A DNA stretch of 63,814 nucleotides, filler included, from a bacterium (lineage in GTDB: Bacteria; JAMORN01): the NCBI GenBank assembly GCA_027063545.1. It is 14 parts of 14 records of this genome, joined end to end, with 100 filler letters (N's around TTAATTAATTAA, not from the genome) between each part and the next. Parts side by side here need not be neighbours in the genome. Positions count along the whole stretch, not along the records: positions 59,438 to 63,814 come from JAMORN010000220.1; 13 more parts are not named here. One strand, given 5' to 3'. Of the stretch, positions 62,191-63,814 are shown piece after piece (position 1 is the stretch's first letter; every line of letters begins with the position of its first letter). The notes beneath the pieces are model-generated. The model saw only the letters and a program-made list of their open reading frames with translations. It had not been told where the DNA came from and ran no database searches. Made by a program: the position numbers and the translations under genes.

Positions 62191-63814
62191 ATGAAAAATA
62201 GTAGTTTTAAATATTTGGTGATTGTAGAATCACCTTCAAAGGCAAGAACTATTTCAAAGATTTTAGGAAGAGATTATAGGGTTATTGCAACTTTAGGACA
62301 TATAGTAGATTTACCTAAGAGAAAGTTAGGAGTAAATCCAGAAAATGGGTTTATTGTAGAGTATAATGTATTATATGGTAAAAAGAAAATAATAGACGAG
62401 ATAAAGCGTTTAGCAAAAAAAGCAGAGATAGTTTATCTAGCAACAGACCCAGATAGAGAAGGGGAGATAATAAGTTATCATATATTAAAATATTCTAAGA
62501 TTGAGGAAGATAAATATTGGAGAATTCATATAAAAGAGATTACACCACAAGGGATAAAAGAGGCTTTAGAAAATAAAACAAAGATAGATTTAAATAAGGT
62601 TGCTTCTCAACAAACTAGAAGAATTTTGGATAGACTTATAGGATATAAGATATCTCCTATTTTATGGAGAAAGTTAAGTCAAAAGGGGCTTTCTGCTGGA
62701 AGGGTTCAAACAGTAGGGCTTAGAATTATATACGAAAGAGAAAAAGAAATAGAGGAGTTTAAATCTAAGGAGTTTTATAAAATTTTTCTTGATGCTGTAA
62801 TTGATAATGTTAAGATCACACTACCTATAGAATTAGAAAAAGGTAGATATTTAAATAAAATTGAGGCAGAAGAATTAAAAGAAAAATTGGAAGAAAAAAT
62901 AAAAAATAAAGAATTCTTTTTTAATTATTATGTAAAATTAAGAAAAGAAGCACCACCTGAGTTTTTTATAACATCAACCCTTCAAAAAGAAGCTGGGAAT
63001 CTATTTAAATTCTCGCCAGGTAAAACTATGAGAATAGCACAAACCCTTTATGAGGGAAAGAATCTAGGAACAACTTATAGAATAGGACTTATAACCTATA
63101 TGAGAACAGATTCAAAAAGAATATCTTCTTCAGCAATTAATATGGCAAAAAATTTTGTAGAAAAAAATTATCCTAACATAAAAAAGGATAATATAAATTT
63201 TAATATGAAAAACTCTAAATTCTCGCAGGATGCTCATGAGGCGATTAGGCCTTCAAATGTAGAATATACTCCCTATAATATAAAGAGATATTTAACACAG
63301 GATGAATATAAACTTTATGATCTTATATGGAGAAGATTTATAAGTAATTTTTTAAAAGATGCTGTTTATGAGGATCTTTTTATTGAAATTAGTTTTAATA
63401 AGATAGAAGATTCTCCATTAGTTTTTAAGAAAAAATTATCGAGAATAAAAGAAAAGAATTTTAGAGAGGTTTATTATTTTAGAATGCCTAAAGATGACGA
63501 ATTCCCTTTTGATTTTTCAAATATAAAGATTGAAAAATTATATCTAAAAAAAGAGAGAACAAAGCCTCCTTCAAGATATACAATATCTTCCTTTATCTCT
63601 ATTTTAGAAAAAAATGGTATAGGAAGACCTTCTACATACGCTCAAATTATTGAAACTTTAAAAAAGAGAGGTTATATTAAGATAAAAGGCACAACTATTT
63701 ATATAACTGAGTTAGGAAAGAAATTATGGGAGTTTTTTAAGGATAAAAAATTGGATCTTTTTGACATAGAATTTACAAAAAATATGGAAGATGATCTTGA
63801 TAAGATAGAGAATA
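62191..63814 (+). CDS. topA: DNA topoisomerase I, 3' truncated by window edge
   Basis: Not in the ORF track. ATG 62191: LVIVESPSKA, LATDPDREGE, SAGRVQ, LITYMRTD (catalytic Tyr), DAHEAIRP and GIGRPSTY. Confidence 0.97.
   Translation, partial: MKNSSFKYLVIVESPSKARTISKILGRDYRVIATLGHIVDLPKRKLGVNPENGFIVEYNVLYGKKKIIDEIKRLAKKAEIVYLATDPDREGEIISYHILKYSKIEEDKYWRIHIKEITPQGIKEALENKTKIDLNKVASQQTRRILDRLIGYKISPILWRKLSQKGLSAGRVQTVGLRIIYEREKEIEEFKSKEFYKIFLDAVIDNVKITLPIELEKGRYLNKIEAEELKEKLEEKIKNKEFFFNYYVKLRKEAPPEFFITSTLQKEAGNLFKFSPGKTMRIAQTLYEGKNLGTTYRIGLITYMRTDSKRISSSAINMAKNFVEKNYPNIKKDNINFNMKNSKFSQDAHEAIRPSNVEYTPYNIKRYLTQDEYKLYDLIWRRFISNFLKDAVYEDLFIEISFNKIEDSPLVFKKKLSRIKEKNFREVYYFRMPKDDEFPFDFSNIKIEKLYLKKERTKPPSRYTISSFISILEKNGIGRPSTYAQIIETLKKRGYIKIKGTTIYITELGKKLWEFFKDKKLDLFDIEFTKNMEDDLDKIEN

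Overview
This window is not one continuous locus. It is a pseudo-scaffold of 14 short contigs (mostly 4.4-4.7 kb, one 3.2 kb) joined by 100-nt artificial spacers (N44-TTAATTAATTAA-N44), so adjacency across spacers is meaningless and many genes are truncated. The DNA is very AT-rich and comes from a diderm bacterium (BamD, Mla/MCE transporter, beta-barrels). Secreted proteins with 'NPFN'-type/FlgD-Ig and T9SS-like C-terminal domains, a CBM11-like domain and GH5/GH10 enzymes suggest an FCB-superphylum lineage such as Fibrobacterota or a related candidate phylum (inference, not verified). Most content is housekeeping: tuf-S10 operon, ffh-rpsP-rimM-trmD-rplS, ftsA-ftsZ, argH-argA, gltX, gmk, htpG, purD, purH, topA, fmt, tilS, nadD, type III glutamine synthetase and glgB. 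No rRNA, tRNA, CRISPR array or transposase was recognised. The best candidate for an undescribed system is a four-gene cluster at 4811-8853: a putative outer-membrane barrel, a MotA/TolQ/ExbB-type channel, an atypical single-TM Asp partner and a secreted Ig-repeat protein. Other notable items are a CDP-ribitol/TagF-like capsule locus with one degenerate paralog, an FtsZ with a duplicated C-terminal peptide, a GH10 pseudogene whose stops all fall on Trp codons, two output-less HAMP sensor proteins, and a radical-SAM gene split across two contigs that can be rejoined through a 17-nt overlap.
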